Below are positions 19,401-27,783 of a stretch of 64,000 nucleotides of DNA, in pieces (the first letter of the stretch is position 1; each line of letters starts with the position of its first letter). The notes below the pieces were generated by a model, which saw only the letters and a program-made list of their open reading frames with translations, made no database searches and had not been told where the DNA came from. The position numbers and the translations under genes are program-made. Origin of the DNA: Candidatus Altiarchaeota archaeon (GTDB lineage Archaea; Altiarchaeota; Altiarchaeia; IMC4; SCGC-AAA252-I15). The stretch covers positions 8,887 to 72,886 of the forward strand of contig JAZDIN010000004.1 of assembly GCA_043804895.1 (NCBI GenBank). Reading direction: 5' to 3'.

Positions 19401-21277
19401 AGTAGGGACATGAATCTCCTCCTTGACGTTTCATCAGATTTTTCATGAGAAGTTAACGTATCGGAATAGGTCAGATTCACCCACCGGATTACGTGGTGGT
19501 TGGCTTTGTTTGCTATTTCCAGAGCACTGTCCTTTGTGTATGATTTATTGGTTTCCTGGTCTACTAGCACCCGCTCTTCACCGAATTTTACCCCGCGCAT
19601 CAGGAGGGCATATTCTGCCTGGATGAAAGACAACACCCTCCGCCTCATCTGCTTCTCATCCAACACGTCCACTGTAGGCCCCTCGCCCCCACCAAATGAG
19701 ACGGAGATTGGCATATTATCGCCACCTTCGTGTTCACGTAATTTAATGGTTGACAACAGCGTCTGCTCAGCCAGGCCTTTCTGCCTCGACTCTAATTGGG
19801 CAAGGTTGTCGATTGTCTCCTGCCTCGCGGCTGTAGCAAATTTAGGTTTCATGTGTTCAGGTATGGCAGCCAGCGACCTCACATAGGTTGGCATGAAAGG
19901 GAGCCCGCTGTTTTCTAGTATCAGTCCAAGGACTTCTGGTCGGCACAATCTGTCATCTACAGTCAACGCTGGTTGGCTGGAGGTGTCTATCTTAACAGCC
20001 GACTCCCAAAGTGCCTTAGCAACAAGTGGTGTCATCCTGTCAGAAAGTAACACGCCCATAAGGCTTGACATGTTCTCCTGGGCTTCTTTCAGGGTTACTG
20101 CCTCCCCATGGTCCTTTAAACGTTCTCCCATACCGTCCAGACCACGCTTTATTGACTTGACATAGTCTTCAGTGTCAGGGGGTAAGGGGGAGTCGACAAG
20201 GGCATCGGTTAGATTAGAGGCCCACCCTATCATTTTTAGTATGGGGACACCCATCCCCCATGCATTCAGCTGCCTGGAGACTTTTAAAATCTCCTTATTT
20301 GCAGCATCCAGTATTTTAAGCTTTTTCTGGAACGTCTTCGTCCCAGCTTCCTCGCCCGCAACATCAGTTAAACAGGCAGCCCATTTTTTCAAGATCTCCT
20401 CTTCACCCATATTCGAGGCGATTGTCCCGCCAAGATCTAGCACAGCCAAGGATGCATTTGTCAAGCTCCCCGCAGAATTTATTCCTACACCGAATAGCAG
20501 GGTTGTATAGAACTTTTTCTCCCCTTCCGCTAATTTTCCCTCATTCAGTAATTCGGACATGCGGGTAATAACACCCTTCCTCAAATCAAATACCTGACTG
20601 GGGTTTAGTGCCTCTTCGCTCTGGTTTGACCAGAATTCGGATGGGCTTACCTCCTGACCAGCGTCATACTTGCCTTTTACTTCCCGCATTTTTTTGACAA
20701 TACCGTGACCTGTCCGTTCAAAACGGAATCCGGCCCTCACCGCATCCAGTGCCTTACCTGCCCCATCTTGACTGAAACCAATCGCTTTCAAAGTATCAAC
20801 TGCCTCGTCTTCTTTCAGAAGGAGTAGAGAGTATGCTGATGGCGCAAACCTAAGCTCATCACCCATGAAAGTCGTGTCCAAGAGTAAATTGAACAACTGC
20901 TTGTCAGGTAGGCCCTTGGTTTTTGCACCCAATTCGAGTATTTCACCAACTATCACCTCGGACATTTTCTTGTCCATTTTTTCGGAGGCGAGGGAGTCGC
21001 TGAAACGCCATAAAAGCCATTTCAGATATTTTGGATTGCTCTGCTCAACTGCCTTGAGTACCTGGTCAAGTTTGACATCTGAATATTTTTCCTTAACCTG
21101 AAATTCGCCTTTTTTCACATAAACCGGTAGCGTGCCCTTAACCGGCCCATCTGCTTTTTCGAATACCTTCTGGATGTAGTCTATTATTCTTTTTCTTGTT
21201 TCCATGACTCCATCCATCAGTGGGGGGAGCCCTCCGCCATCACCCCAATGGTAGTACTTTGTAGGGCCTAGTGGCAT
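13412..21277 (-). CDS. Giant hypothetical protein (2621 aa), cytoplasmic and largely alpha-helical, with four C-terminal winged-helix-like modules
   Basis: A single uninterrupted 7.9-kb ORF. All + strand ORFs across it are short shadow ORFs. I see no signal peptide, TM segment, P-loop or HExxH. The C-terminal 450 aa shows a fourfold pattern ending LRELSRLGVV, LRELRHVGILL, VQSLKKQGLIIPVGTRGYYALT and VDRLEKAKILE. Confidence 0.8.
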   Translation of the reverse strand: MPLGPTKYYHWGDGGGLPPLMDGVMETRKRIIDYIQKVFEKADGPVKGTLPVYVKKGEFQVKEKYSDVKLDQVLKAVEQSNPKYLKWLLWRFSDSLASEKMDKKMSEVIVGEILELGAKTKGLPDKQLFNLLLDTTFMGDELRFAPSAYSLLLLKEDEAVDTLKAIGFSQDGAGKALDAVRAGFRFERTGHGIVKKMREVKGKYDAGQEVSPSEFWSNQSEEALNPSQVFDLRKGVITRMSELLNEGKLAEGEKKFYTTLLFGVGINSAGSLTNASLAVLDLGGTIASNMGEEEILKKWAACLTDVAGEEAGTKTFQKKLKILDAANKEILKVSRQLNAWGMGVPILKMIGWASNLTDALVDSPLPPDTEDYVKSIKRGLDGMGERLKDHGEAVTLKEAQENMSSLMGVLLSDRMTPLVAKALWESAVKIDTSSQPALTVDDRLCRPEVLGLILENSGLPFMPTYVRSLAAIPEHMKPKFATAARQETIDNLAQLESRQKGLAEQTLLSTIKLREHEGGDNMPISVSFGGGEGPTVDVLDEKQMRRRVLSFIQAEYALLMRGVKFGEERVLVDQETNKSYTKDSALEIANKANHHVIRWVNLTYSDTLTSHEKSDETSRRRFMSLLFRIAEPSITQDDKTVLGKIVSFDPSYILRLKPDLREQALSSIGFEDIDAAQKHLTDAFGYSAAVRTHSSQMKETYDRVERYIIVLAAIGEIKEFVQRIEGGEEINHVLKDLRKRTKYWKSDKIIERSIKEEDITARETVRAGMTKIRDSDTVKSAIEVMEEMASKLKAGVPFETVREGVLERTKGIESEAEVKPEDFFHPDTLSEINPAKFMDVVKGVLSLKPEQQTLYSTAVVDVAYDSVIALGSLTDNMTKMREQFHYVLRSSAPVTSLREAISAVNAGEPESPNFIKQLGDAKEANNAFLLSLEELDQWGSIDSMEQMLKWIKEINGAVTKLPAATTNIKNLDGMRLIEREVDKKLAKVQEGRVSLSMNYHFNEFIDRVIKLNRENQPLSAAYWTEGVTGGTGLGDESIDINTLFVKEDQPGEKKDIPAEIYELISKKGNVERQFMVDYVQSLDRIPLDRMDRLDMVVTQEYLDQLERMGPDTPKTVLGFYRIERAQEYLIPTSETGKAFLQTVEAEPEILGPLMDRLLRSAQGRTKLKQPENMPEGSSREAEYALKYFSCLTNPDYRDTLKEMVKRPYVQDYFDLFMDSEPDRRALLASEGTTSLLLRAEETSKGSAAKYLNLLSEHTSAITSDTVSNLIEEEPRTIDHLHALKNAGKLGGILGLLVGGEHRDFFTPENLEKLSRWSGPKNRWQLAEEALRRLGKGGDESVKAQVILTISDDEAKRDNTLREVNSILKVTGVEHLTPLLANQENTITDLTKARDRSWEAEGIHPEERPRVVNMMFGDFDRGVREEFSRIWSDNPKLFASTGEAQQFIKQFKENHSGTKPETVVRALQTLRSAVVGAGRIEVIKGVLNLGQFAQDIREVGRFQLLDGEYFTHLREALTDMTPQNMGEKMAALHGISEGERKFEDTLPQNCDLGLAGWYYNWADRGSIPSADEFLREHHTEIVKLHGKSTAVLEDAFWLKADGREDEFNTLSVVAGLEKTTLENLSSLLRQEEGPFRAAAGAELIKKEKLPEWKTLSRDSERTQRLIDHINAGDWAYAEFILATSYLTKGGGESVDTYLHPNFIPQDKQDQLEFLTADTRKKRQKTAAWHFLSPQLEQLEKDLKSSEPRIDPELIPKQKYRDDLEEHKRISRPILEDIVYQLDVIIGMVEPPKPAPAEPAEDKTLTVGEGATTEEIPAKPLPPQVDVVEAERVIEGVLRIWTLNLGKELGEDAYLRMLDLAKWNNNFRIFMTGKTAARDIEKKIIPAVKRMGGVGESDFQMGFLTHILQNTKNIDECTDLGRIDRGVKLAEEMSEVLSKLPDVELGEDATKESILRAVFLGRPSDFGALTESYGTLNVNMRIRKLQKIDAKDLKKRGIDTTEYFRAIAKQPILIDFLTRKEALDEIQTLDTWERKSSKVWGLVEDYLRKVGSGKHRGLASIDALKNLNRIGAEKLYGQTGSLPPTMLIDSRHLKDVNKTMVVVGKLNKEGSISYVEYTRILGKDPEEEDEGEVSTTPSTTASSTHKMTRKELMQKDMILMDGKVFANPYKRRPQPDFPHPFHAFQRYVNAETINNRRLSYVEEELAKAVSHFTGHLEIKKLAELCSKHPVLGVIYPDTEAGRIEGIKADLRELSRLGVVTDPETSPSVSDGCLLRDIKSDDGKTTSWDQTNENVNKMRLERLLLNVKDDKLEAARLIINIISNKPNHTVGRDDLVTDCLTNGCPGLPETKDVMNPYVRDLLRELRHVGILLEADHETDAISPHILKEKPRSYEDHRDVHILKDMYEITVPNPAMVLHPALEDREAEIEERISRFPNPYAARAVLKVISNVLLVGQGIMKREGINKEVAQDLGIDESKVNNVVQSLKKQGLIIPVGTRGYYALTKKFPGDENLENLAQETLGKILSEEVRGTAETKDIMVKIIETLSGHRLNLWHTIRQRHLERLCMHLYWQNPSENEDLPHTPKEIIDVVDRLEKAKILEQQPDMEARTYWVSDEMLSGPRKY

Positions 21278-21328
21278 GTGTTAGTATACGCAGGACAGCT
21301 TAATATCGGGGGACATTGTTTATCCGTT

Positions 21329-21340
21329 CTTTTATTTTTA
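21329..21340 (+). promoter_or_regulatory. Possible TATA-like box for ilvD, inside the 85-bp divergent intergenic region shared with the giant ORF
   Basis: cttttattttta is centred about 28 nt upstream of the ilvD ATG (21363). That spacing fits a leaderless or short-leader archaeal promoter. This is a by-eye call only. Confidence 0.3.
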
Positions 21341-21362
21341 CAGTCGTATATTCTCCCTGAAG

Positions 21363-23012
21363 ATGAGGTCTGACAGGATAAAGAGGGGCGTGGAGAGGAC
21401 TCCGAACAGGGCACTCCTTTATGCCACGGGCGTTAGTAGGAGGAGTATGGGTAAGCCGTTCATAGGCATAGCCTCGTCTTACACTGACCTTGTTCCAGGC
21501 CATGTTGACATGCGGCAGCTTGAGAGGTTCATAGAGCGCGGAGTCGAAGCCGGCGGAGGAACCCCTTTCATATTCGGCGTTCCGGCAATCTGCGATGGGA
21601 TAGCGATGGGCCACCAGGGGATGAAGTATTCTCTGCCGTCTAGGGAACTGATAGCTGATGAGGTCGAGTCGATGGCTGGAGCCAACGCGTTGGACGGGCT
21701 CGTCCTACTCACAAACTGCGACAAGGTAACGCCTGGGATGCTGATGGCTGCAGCGCGATTGGACATACCCTGCATTGTGGTGACTGCGGGGCCGATGTTG
21801 TGCGGGAGGAAAGATGGCGTGCGATTGGACTTGGTGAAGGACACGTTCGAGGCTGTGGGGAGATACCAGGCCGGGAAGCTGTCCGCCGGGGACGTCCACT
21901 CCCTTGAGGTTGAGGCCTGCCCGGGGTGCGGCTCATGCCAGGGACTGTACACCGCGAACACGATGGCATGCCTCACGGAGACAATGGGGATGAGCCTTGT
22001 CGGGTGCGCGACGGCGCTCGCGGTGTCCGCTAAGAAGAAGCGGATAGCGTACGAGAGCGGAGTCAGGATAGTGTCTCTTGTGAGGAAGAATCTCACAGCA
22101 AGGAGGATAATCACAAAGAAGGCTATATACAATGCGGTTGTTGTTGACAATGCGATGGGAGGCTCAACGAACACGACGCTCCACATACCAGCGATAGCGC
22201 ACGAAGCTGGGATAGAGATGGACTTCAACCTGTTCGACAAAGTCTCAAGGAAGACGCCGCACATAACGAACATAAGGCCAGCAGGGGAACACTTCATGGA
22301 AGACGTGGAATACGCAGGCGGAGTGCCGGGAGTACTCAACGTTCTCAAGGAGAGGCTGAAACCGAATCCGACAGTCAGCGGATACAACATAAAAAAGATC
22401 GCGGAAAGGGCGAGGGTAATCAATCACGACGTCATAAGGCCGCTAGCCAGAGCCTACCACAGGGAAGGTGGCATAGCGGTGCTAAAGGGGAACCTCGCAC
22501 CCCTCGGCGCAGTAGTCAAACAGACTGCAGTCACTGAGAAGGCGTTGAGAATCAAAGGCCCAGCCAAAGTCTACGACAGGGAAGAGGATGCAATGGCAGC
22601 CATACTGGGAGGAAAGATAAAGGCAGGCGACGTCGTAGTCATAAGATACGAGGGCCCCAAGGGAGGCCCAGGGATGAGGGAGATGCTCAGTCCCACAGCG
22701 GCCATAGCCGGGATGGGACTTTCCGAATCGGTTGCGCTCATAACAGACGGAAGATTCTCAGGAGGAACGAGAGGCCCCTGCGTCGGACACATAAGCCCGG
22801 AAGCCGCCGACTGCGGGCCGCTAGCGTACGTGCAGAACGGGGACACGATACTAGTGGACATACCCGCGAGGAAGCTGGAACTGCTGGTGCCTGCGAAGGA
22901 GCTGGATAAGAGGAGGAAAACCTGCAAGGTAAAAAAGACAACAGCGAAAGGCTGGCTCCTAAGATACAGCAAAATGGTCCAAAGCGCAGCCAAAGGCGCG
23001 ATACTGGAATAG
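21363..23012 (+). CDS. ilvD: Dihydroxy-acid dehydratase
   Basis: 549 aa with [52 protein letters not shown], and a C-terminal [11 protein letters not shown]. Confidence 0.92.
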   Translation: MRSDRIKRGVERTPNRALLYATGVSRRSMGKPFIGIASSYTDLVPGHVDMRQLERFIERGVEAGGGTPFIFGVPAICDGIAMGHQGMKYSLPSRELIADEVESMAGANALDGLVLLTNCDKVTPGMLMAAARLDIPCIVVTAGPMLCGRKDGVRLDLVKDTFEAVGRYQAGKLSAGDVHSLEVEACPGCGSCQGLYTANTMACLTETMGMSLVGCATALAVSAKKKRIAYESGVRIVSLVRKNLTARRIITKKAIYNAVVVDNAMGGSTNTTLHIPAIAHEAGIEMDFNLFDKVSRKTPHITNIRPAGEHFMEDVEYAGGVPGVLNVLKERLKPNPTVSGYNIKKIAERARVINHDVIRPLARAYHREGGIAVLKGNLAPLGAVVKQTAVTEKALRIKGPAKVYDREEDAMAAILGGKIKAGDVVVIRYEGPKGGPGMREMLSPTAAIAGMGLSESVALITDGRFSGGTRGPCVGHISPEAADCGPLAYVQNGDTILVDIPARKLELLVPAKELDKRRKTCKVKKTTAKGWLLRYSKMVQSAAKGAILE

Positions 23013-23435
23013 TCAGAGGTATTTCTCGAACTCGGCCCACTGCTCCGCTGAATATCCCCCGTTCTCCTTCAGCCAGGATAGGGTATAGATATACCCCTCG
23101 ACATTCAGCCACCGACCATAGTCTACTGGCCTGGAAGCCATAATGTATTTACGAGACAGCTGCGATAATAAGACATTCAGTTTCTCACTACCCAGCGGGT
23201 CTAGCATCTCCCTAGCAACTTTTTGAGAAAGGTTTACGTCATGTGTCTTACCTAGCACATGGTAATACAGTATTTTGCTCGGAAGTTCTGACAATAGTAG
23301 TCTATCCTCATCCCCACTGGCTACGGCACCTATATGAGATTTCCCCCTTGTTACATCGTATAGTGGAGAATGTACTGTGTTTTCATCAGTGATGGAAACA
23401 GTATCAATACCCTCATCATACAGTGGCTTTTCCAT
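23013..23435 (-). CDS. Hypothetical protein (140 aa)
   Basis: The ORF abuts the ilvD stop (convergent) and lies 11 nt downstream of the 244-aa ORF. No motif recognised. AT-richer by eye. Confidence 0.5.
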   Translation of the reverse strand: MEKPLYDEGIDTVSITDENTVHSPLYDVTRGKSHIGAVASGDEDRLLLSELPSKILYYHVLGKTHDVNLSQKVAREMLDPLGSEKLNVLLSQLSRKYIMASRPVDYGRWLNVEGYIYTLSWLKENGGYSAEQWAEFEKYL

Positions 23436-23446
23436 ACCCTCGTGAC

Positions 23447-24181
23447 CTATTCCCGGGTTGTTACTACGGCTGCGCCAGGGTTTTTCACCCTGACTTCCTT
23501 TAAAAGTTCCCTGAACTCAGAATCTCTCTTCGAAAGCACTATTGGTGTCCTATCCACAACAGCCCGTAGAGTCTGCATATATCCTCGAATGTCGCCTAAG
23601 AGGGCAATGCGATAGGCTTGGGTTGGCAACACCTCAACCTCCATACACTCTAGCCATGTCTTGAAAGATATGTCCTCGCAGACAGTAGGTAATCCTCTAA
23701 AGCCTTCAGTCAACTCCGAGATATAGGCCCGTTTATACTTCTTTACATGTTCAAATGTCGTTCTCAACTCCGTATCACGTAACCGAGCAGGCAACTTCTG
23801 GACCCTTGTTTTGATATCCTCATACCGGTAAGGGTCTGTGATGACGTCCTCCAAGACTAAGACCGTCTTATCATGTTTCTTTCTTATCTCGTCCATACGT
23901 GCAAACGACCATTCTTCATTTACTCGACCACCATGCGGACCGTAGATGAAGTAGACTGGCTGGTCCAGCTCCTGCAGGAACTTGTCCTGTGTGCCATGAC
24001 TTCGGCGGTAAAAATACTGCGCCTGAAGGGTGCCATTTCTGGCTAGAAGCTCATACAACATGTCCAGCTTCTTCTGGCGCCTAACCTCCCCTACCTCCAT
24101 CGGCTGCCTAAGCCCAACATAATTTTCTTTTCCAAATTCATCTCTGGATAGGCCTGGAACAACTAACTCTTTTTGCCCCAT
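23447..24181 (-). CDS. Hypothetical protein (244 aa)
   Basis: The ORF fills the interval. No motif recognised. Confidence 0.55.
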   Translation of the reverse strand: MGQKELVVPGLSRDEFGKENYVGLRQPMEVGEVRRQKKLDMLYELLARNGTLQAQYFYRRSHGTQDKFLQELDQPVYFIYGPHGGRVNEEWSFARMDEIRKKHDKTVLVLEDVITDPYRYEDIKTRVQKLPARLRDTELRTTFEHVKKYKRAYISELTEGFRGLPTVCEDISFKTWLECMEVEVLPTQAYRIALLGDIRGYMQTLRAVVDRTPIVLSKRDSEFRELLKEVRVKNPGAAVVTTRE

Positions 24182-24214
24182 GTTTAATACAATACATCAT
24201 GTAAATAATATTCA

Positions 24215-25717
24215 ATGGAACACAAGGTCATTCTGGTAATCCGTGACGGTTGGGGTTATCGGGCGGAGTGTGAGGATAATGCGATAGTCCAGACTCCTAC
24301 CCCCAACACGGACAAGCTGATGGCCGAATACCCTAATGTGCTGTTGAACGCCTGCGGCGAGGCGGTCGGCCTCCCGGACGGCTACCAGGGGAACAGCGAG
24401 GTCGGCCACATGACCATCGGCTCAGGGAGGATAATGTTCCAGTCTATGGCACGGATTAACAAGGCCATAAAGGACGGGAGTTTTTTTACATTAGCTGAGT
24501 TGGTGGCTGCTGTAGAGAACTGCAAGAAAAATCACACGCGCCTTCACGTCATCGGACTCCTGCAGGTTGAGGGGGTGCACAGTCACACAGACCACCTGTA
24601 TGCGATACTTGAGTTGTGCAGGAGGATGGAGTTCAAGGACGTTTTGGTCCACGTCATCACAGACGGGAGGGACTCCCCAGTCACAGACAGCCTAAAGCAT
24701 GTGAAGATCTTGGAGGATAAGTTCAATGAACTTGGATTCGGCTCCATCGCCACATTCTCTGGAAGATACTATGCGATGGACAGGGACAAAAGATGGGAGA
24801 GGACGAGGAAGGCCTACGACTGCATCGTGAAAGGGGAGTGTGAGGAGTTCCAGGACGCTGAGGCGCAGATTCGGCAATGCCATGGGAAGGGTGAGACTGA
24901 CGAGTTCATAGTCCCGAGGAGGATGAGAGGGTATGAGGGGGTAAAAGAGAACGACTCGTTCATATTCTACAACTTCAGGACTGATAGGACAAGGCAGCTG
25001 ACGAAAGCCATAGTCGAGGATAAATTCGAAGGGTGGGAGCGGAGGCCGCTCAAGGTCTACTTCGTGGCTATGACGCAGTATTACACTCCGATGAACGCTA
25101 AGGTCGCGTTCAATGAGCAGCCGCTCACCAACCTCCTGGGCGAAGTAATGAGCAGAAAAGGAGTGAAGCAGCTGAGAATCAGCGAGACTGAAAAATACGC
25201 TCATGTCACGTTCTTCTTCAACGGACAGGTTGAGAAACCGTACGATGGAGAGGATAGGGTTCTCATAAACTCACCGAAGGTCGCAACATACGACCTCAAA
25301 CCTGAGATGAGCGTGTATGAGGTGACTGACAAACTGGTGAAGGAGATAAAGACTAGGAGATACGATTTCATCGCAACCAACCTCGTCAACTGCGACATGG
25401 TAGGCCACACCGGGATAGTTGAGGCGATAAAGAAGGCCGTCGCGGCGGTGGATGAGTGTGTGGGGAGGATTGTTGAGGCTGGACTGGAAGGAGGCTATAC
25501 TATCATAATATTCGCAGACCATGGGAACGCTGAAGACCAGACCCCCGAGTGGAGGACAAGCCACACCACCAACCCCGTACCATGCATACTAGTGTCAAGG
25601 TTGGAGAATGTGAAACTGAAAGATGGGAAAGGCCTCAGGGACATCGCCCCCACCGTGCTGGAGTTACTGGGCGTAGAGAAGCCGGCGGAGATGACAGGGG
25701 AAAGCCTACTTGAGTGA
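24215..25717 (+). CDS. gpmI: 2,3-bisphosphoglycerate-independent phosphoglycerate mutase (GpmI type)
   Basis: 500 aa with VILVIRDGWG, GNSEVGHMTIGSGR and ADHGNAE. Length and motifs fit the bacterial-like iPGM rather than the ~410-aa archaeal ApgM. Confidence 0.85.
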   Translation: MEHKVILVIRDGWGYRAECEDNAIVQTPTPNTDKLMAEYPNVLLNACGEAVGLPDGYQGNSEVGHMTIGSGRIMFQSMARINKAIKDGSFFTLAELVAAVENCKKNHTRLHVIGLLQVEGVHSHTDHLYAILELCRRMEFKDVLVHVITDGRDSPVTDSLKHVKILEDKFNELGFGSIATFSGRYYAMDRDKRWERTRKAYDCIVKGECEEFQDAEAQIRQCHGKGETDEFIVPRRMRGYEGVKENDSFIFYNFRTDRTRQLTKAIVEDKFEGWERRPLKVYFVAMTQYYTPMNAKVAFNEQPLTNLLGEVMSRKGVKQLRISETEKYAHVTFFFNGQVEKPYDGEDRVLINSPKVATYDLKPEMSVYEVTDKLVKEIKTRRYDFIATNLVNCDMVGHTGIVEAIKKAVAAVDECVGRIVEAGLEGGYTIIIFADHGNAEDQTPEWRTSHTTNPVPCILVSRLENVKLKDGKGLRDIAPTVLELLGVEKPAEMTGESLLE

Positions 25718-25882
25718 ACCTGCCCTTTCTTTTTTCGCTTGTTCCCAGAGTTTCTGTAGGAGTGGGCTTAGGCCCATTTTGCTCATGGTTTTGAACTGTT
25801 CCTCCGTGAGTTTCAGCACTGACGTTCCGTCTTTGATTAGGATGTAATGTTCGTCCTTGTTCTCGTACAATTCAATCGCCAT
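25706..25882 (-). CDS. Possible small protein (58 aa), below the track cutoff
   Basis: My translation reads MAIELYENKDEHYILIKDGTSVLKLTEEQFKTMSKMGLSPLLQKLWEQAKKERAGSLK. It fills the gap between gpmI and mtnA and overlaps the gpmI 3' end by 12 nt. Confidence 0.3.
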   Translation of the reverse strand: MAIELYENKDEHYILIKDGTSVLKLTEEQFKTMSKMGLSPLLQKLWEQAKKERAGSLK

Positions 25883-25884
25883 TT

Positions 25885-26880
25885 TTATCTCCTTCTTCCT
25901 GGTTTTTTAATGCCGTCCTCGGTTATGAATCCTGTCACGTACCTTGAGGGGGTGACGTCGAAGGCCGGGTTCATGGTGGGGCAGTGGTCGTAGGTGATGC
26001 GAACCTTCGTCACCTGGCCCGTGCCGTCGATTCCCTCAACACAGGATACTTCTTCGGAAGCCCGCTCCTCTATTGGAATCTGCCTGCCGCCTGGGCATTT
26101 CATGTCGAATGTGCTGGATGGAGCGGCCACATAGAATGGGATTTTGTTCTCTTTCGCGAGGACTGCCTTCTCGTATGTGCCGATTTTGTTCGCGAAGTCG
26201 CCGTTCAACGCTATCCTGTCAGCGCCGACGAGGACGAGGTCGACCTTCTCAGATGCCATGAGGTGGCCTGCCGCGTTGTCTGCGATGAGTTTGTGCGGTA
26301 TGCCCTCCTCTTTCAGCTCCCATGCCGTTATCCTCGCGCCTTGGAGGCGCGGTCGTGTCTCGTCAACATATACTGTTATCCTTTTCCCGCCTCTGTGGGC
26401 GACGCGGATGGGTGCGAGGGCTGTGCCCCAGTCTACGCACGCGAGCGCTCCTGCATTGCAGTGGGTGAGTATCCTCATCCCGTCTTTTATGAGTTTCGCG
26501 CCGTGTGCTCCGATTCTCCTGCACCGTTCGGCTGATTCGTCTGCGTATGCGTCCGCCTTCTTGTTAGGAGTACCCTTGTTTTTCATGTAGTAGTCTAGTC
26601 CGTCCTTGAGGTCGTATGCCGTCGGCCGTGTTGAGAGGAGTTTCTTGTACGCTTTTTTGGTTGGGTATCGGGTCAGTTGGGCGAGTGCCATCCCGTAGCA
26701 GCCTGTGGCGCCGATTGCCGGGGCTCCGCGGACTGCCATCGTCTTGATTGCGTCGCATACTTCGTCCACGGTCTTGAGTTTGATTATGCTGAACTTGTGT
26801 GGGAGGAGCCTCTGGTCTATCATCATCACAGCCTTCCCTTCCATCCAAACGCTGCGATAGTTCTTACCCTCGATTTTCAT
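25885..26880 (-). CDS. mtnA: Methylthioribose-1-phosphate isomerase / ribose-1,5-bisphosphate isomerase (aIF-2B-like, MtnA family)
   Basis: 331 aa with IDQRLLPHK, VRGAPAIGATG, THCNAG, VDETRPRLQG and VGADRIA. Confidence 0.8.
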   Translation of the reverse strand: MKIEGKNYRSVWMEGKAVMMIDQRLLPHKFSIIKLKTVDEVCDAIKTMAVRGAPAIGATGCYGMALAQLTRYPTKKAYKKLLSTRPTAYDLKDGLDYYMKNKGTPNKKADAYADESAERCRRIGAHGAKLIKDGMRILTHCNAGALACVDWGTALAPIRVAHRGGKRITVYVDETRPRLQGARITAWELKEEGIPHKLIADNAAGHLMASEKVDLVLVGADRIALNGDFANKIGTYEKAVLAKENKIPFYVAAPSSTFDMKCPGGRQIPIEERASEEVSCVEGIDGTGQVTKVRITYDHCPTMNPAFDVTPSRYVTGFITEDGIKKPGRRR

Positions 26881-26900
26881 CGGTTATTCTTATGGTTATG

Positions 26901-27779
26901 TCATAAAAAACGTAGCACCGTCAGCGCAGCCAGAAGCCATACTACGATGCCTGCTGCGTAGCTGAGTATAACGGCCTCGATTGCGTTCTTTGGTCTGGTC
27001 TGGTAGACTGTGGACACGGAGAGTGCCAGGAGGGCGAAGTTGGATAGGATGAAGATTGTGTGGGCCATGACCTTGACTGTCGAGAGGGTGGATGCCATGA
27101 AGTTTAGGTCAAGCATCTTGGCTGCAAGACCTTTGGAGCCGATAAATAGTACGATTACTAATGCGAGCGCGTAGACTGTTAGGCCCAAGGCAAGGGTGGA
27201 TATTATGCTGGAGGTAACGCATGTGAATGCCTTCTCGACTGCGGCTTCGCGCACTCCGACCGAGTCCGTGGATATGTGGAGGATGAGCGTGAACGCGACT
27301 ATGAAGAATATGACGATGACGGGAAGGGCGACTACGAGGAATGGAGAGCTTAGGAGTAATCCGGCTGCTGAGGATAGGATTGCGAGCGCGGCTGCGGAGA
27401 GGATGGCACGGAGGAGGGTTCGGTCTTCCTCTGAGGGGGTCTTCGGCTTGCCGTATTCCTCGTACTTCTTCGCATCAACGAGGCGTTGGAGGTGGTCGAG
27501 GTATTCTTTGCTTTGGAGGAGGTCGAGCATCTGCCTTTCGGAGTCGATGTCCTTTTTCTTGGCCGTGAGATCGTGACATATTATGGCGTGTTTCTCCTGG
27601 CTTACCCTCCCAGCCTTAAGCTGCCGGTCCGCAGCCTCAAGCGACCTTACAACCCGGGAGAGCTCCCTTTCAAGGAGGATTATGTTGGCTTTCTTCAGGT
27701 CTGACATCTCCTCCTCAGGTTTGTCTTCCAGTTTCAGGAGCCTCTTAGCCTTCTGCATGAACTCCTCATCTGATATCAT
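26901..27779 (-). CDS. Membrane protein with an N-terminal coiled-coil region and about 5 C-terminal TM segments
   Basis: 292 aa. The first 130 aa are charged and heptad-like, followed by hydrophobic helices. Confidence 0.55.
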   Translation of the reverse strand: MISDEEFMQKAKRLLKLEDKPEEEMSDLKKANIILLERELSRVVRSLEAADRQLKAGRVSQEKHAIICHDLTAKKKDIDSERQMLDLLQSKEYLDHLQRLVDAKKYEEYGKPKTPSEEDRTLLRAILSAAALAILSSAAGLLLSSPFLVVALPVIVIFFIVAFTLILHISTDSVGVREAAVEKAFTCVTSSIISTLALGLTVYALALVIVLFIGSKGLAAKMLDLNFMASTLSTVKVMAHTIFILSNFALLALSVSTVYQTRPKNAIEAVILSYAAGIVVWLLAALTVLRFL

Positions 27780-27783
27780 TTAA

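Noticed and set aside
13587-21101. About 20 + strand ORFs of 66-255 aa (for example 15180..15947 and 16926..17645) tiling the region of the giant gene.
   Set aside because: All are antisense shadow ORFs inside one uninterrupted 7.9-kb minus-strand ORF. Their translations are Ser/Leu/Pro-rich low-complexity sequence with no motifs.
21479-22423. A 314-aa minus-strand ORF, plus smaller ones at 21705..21969.
   Set aside because: They are antisense to ilvD, whose translation carries unmistakable dihydroxy-acid dehydratase motifs. These are shadow ORFs.
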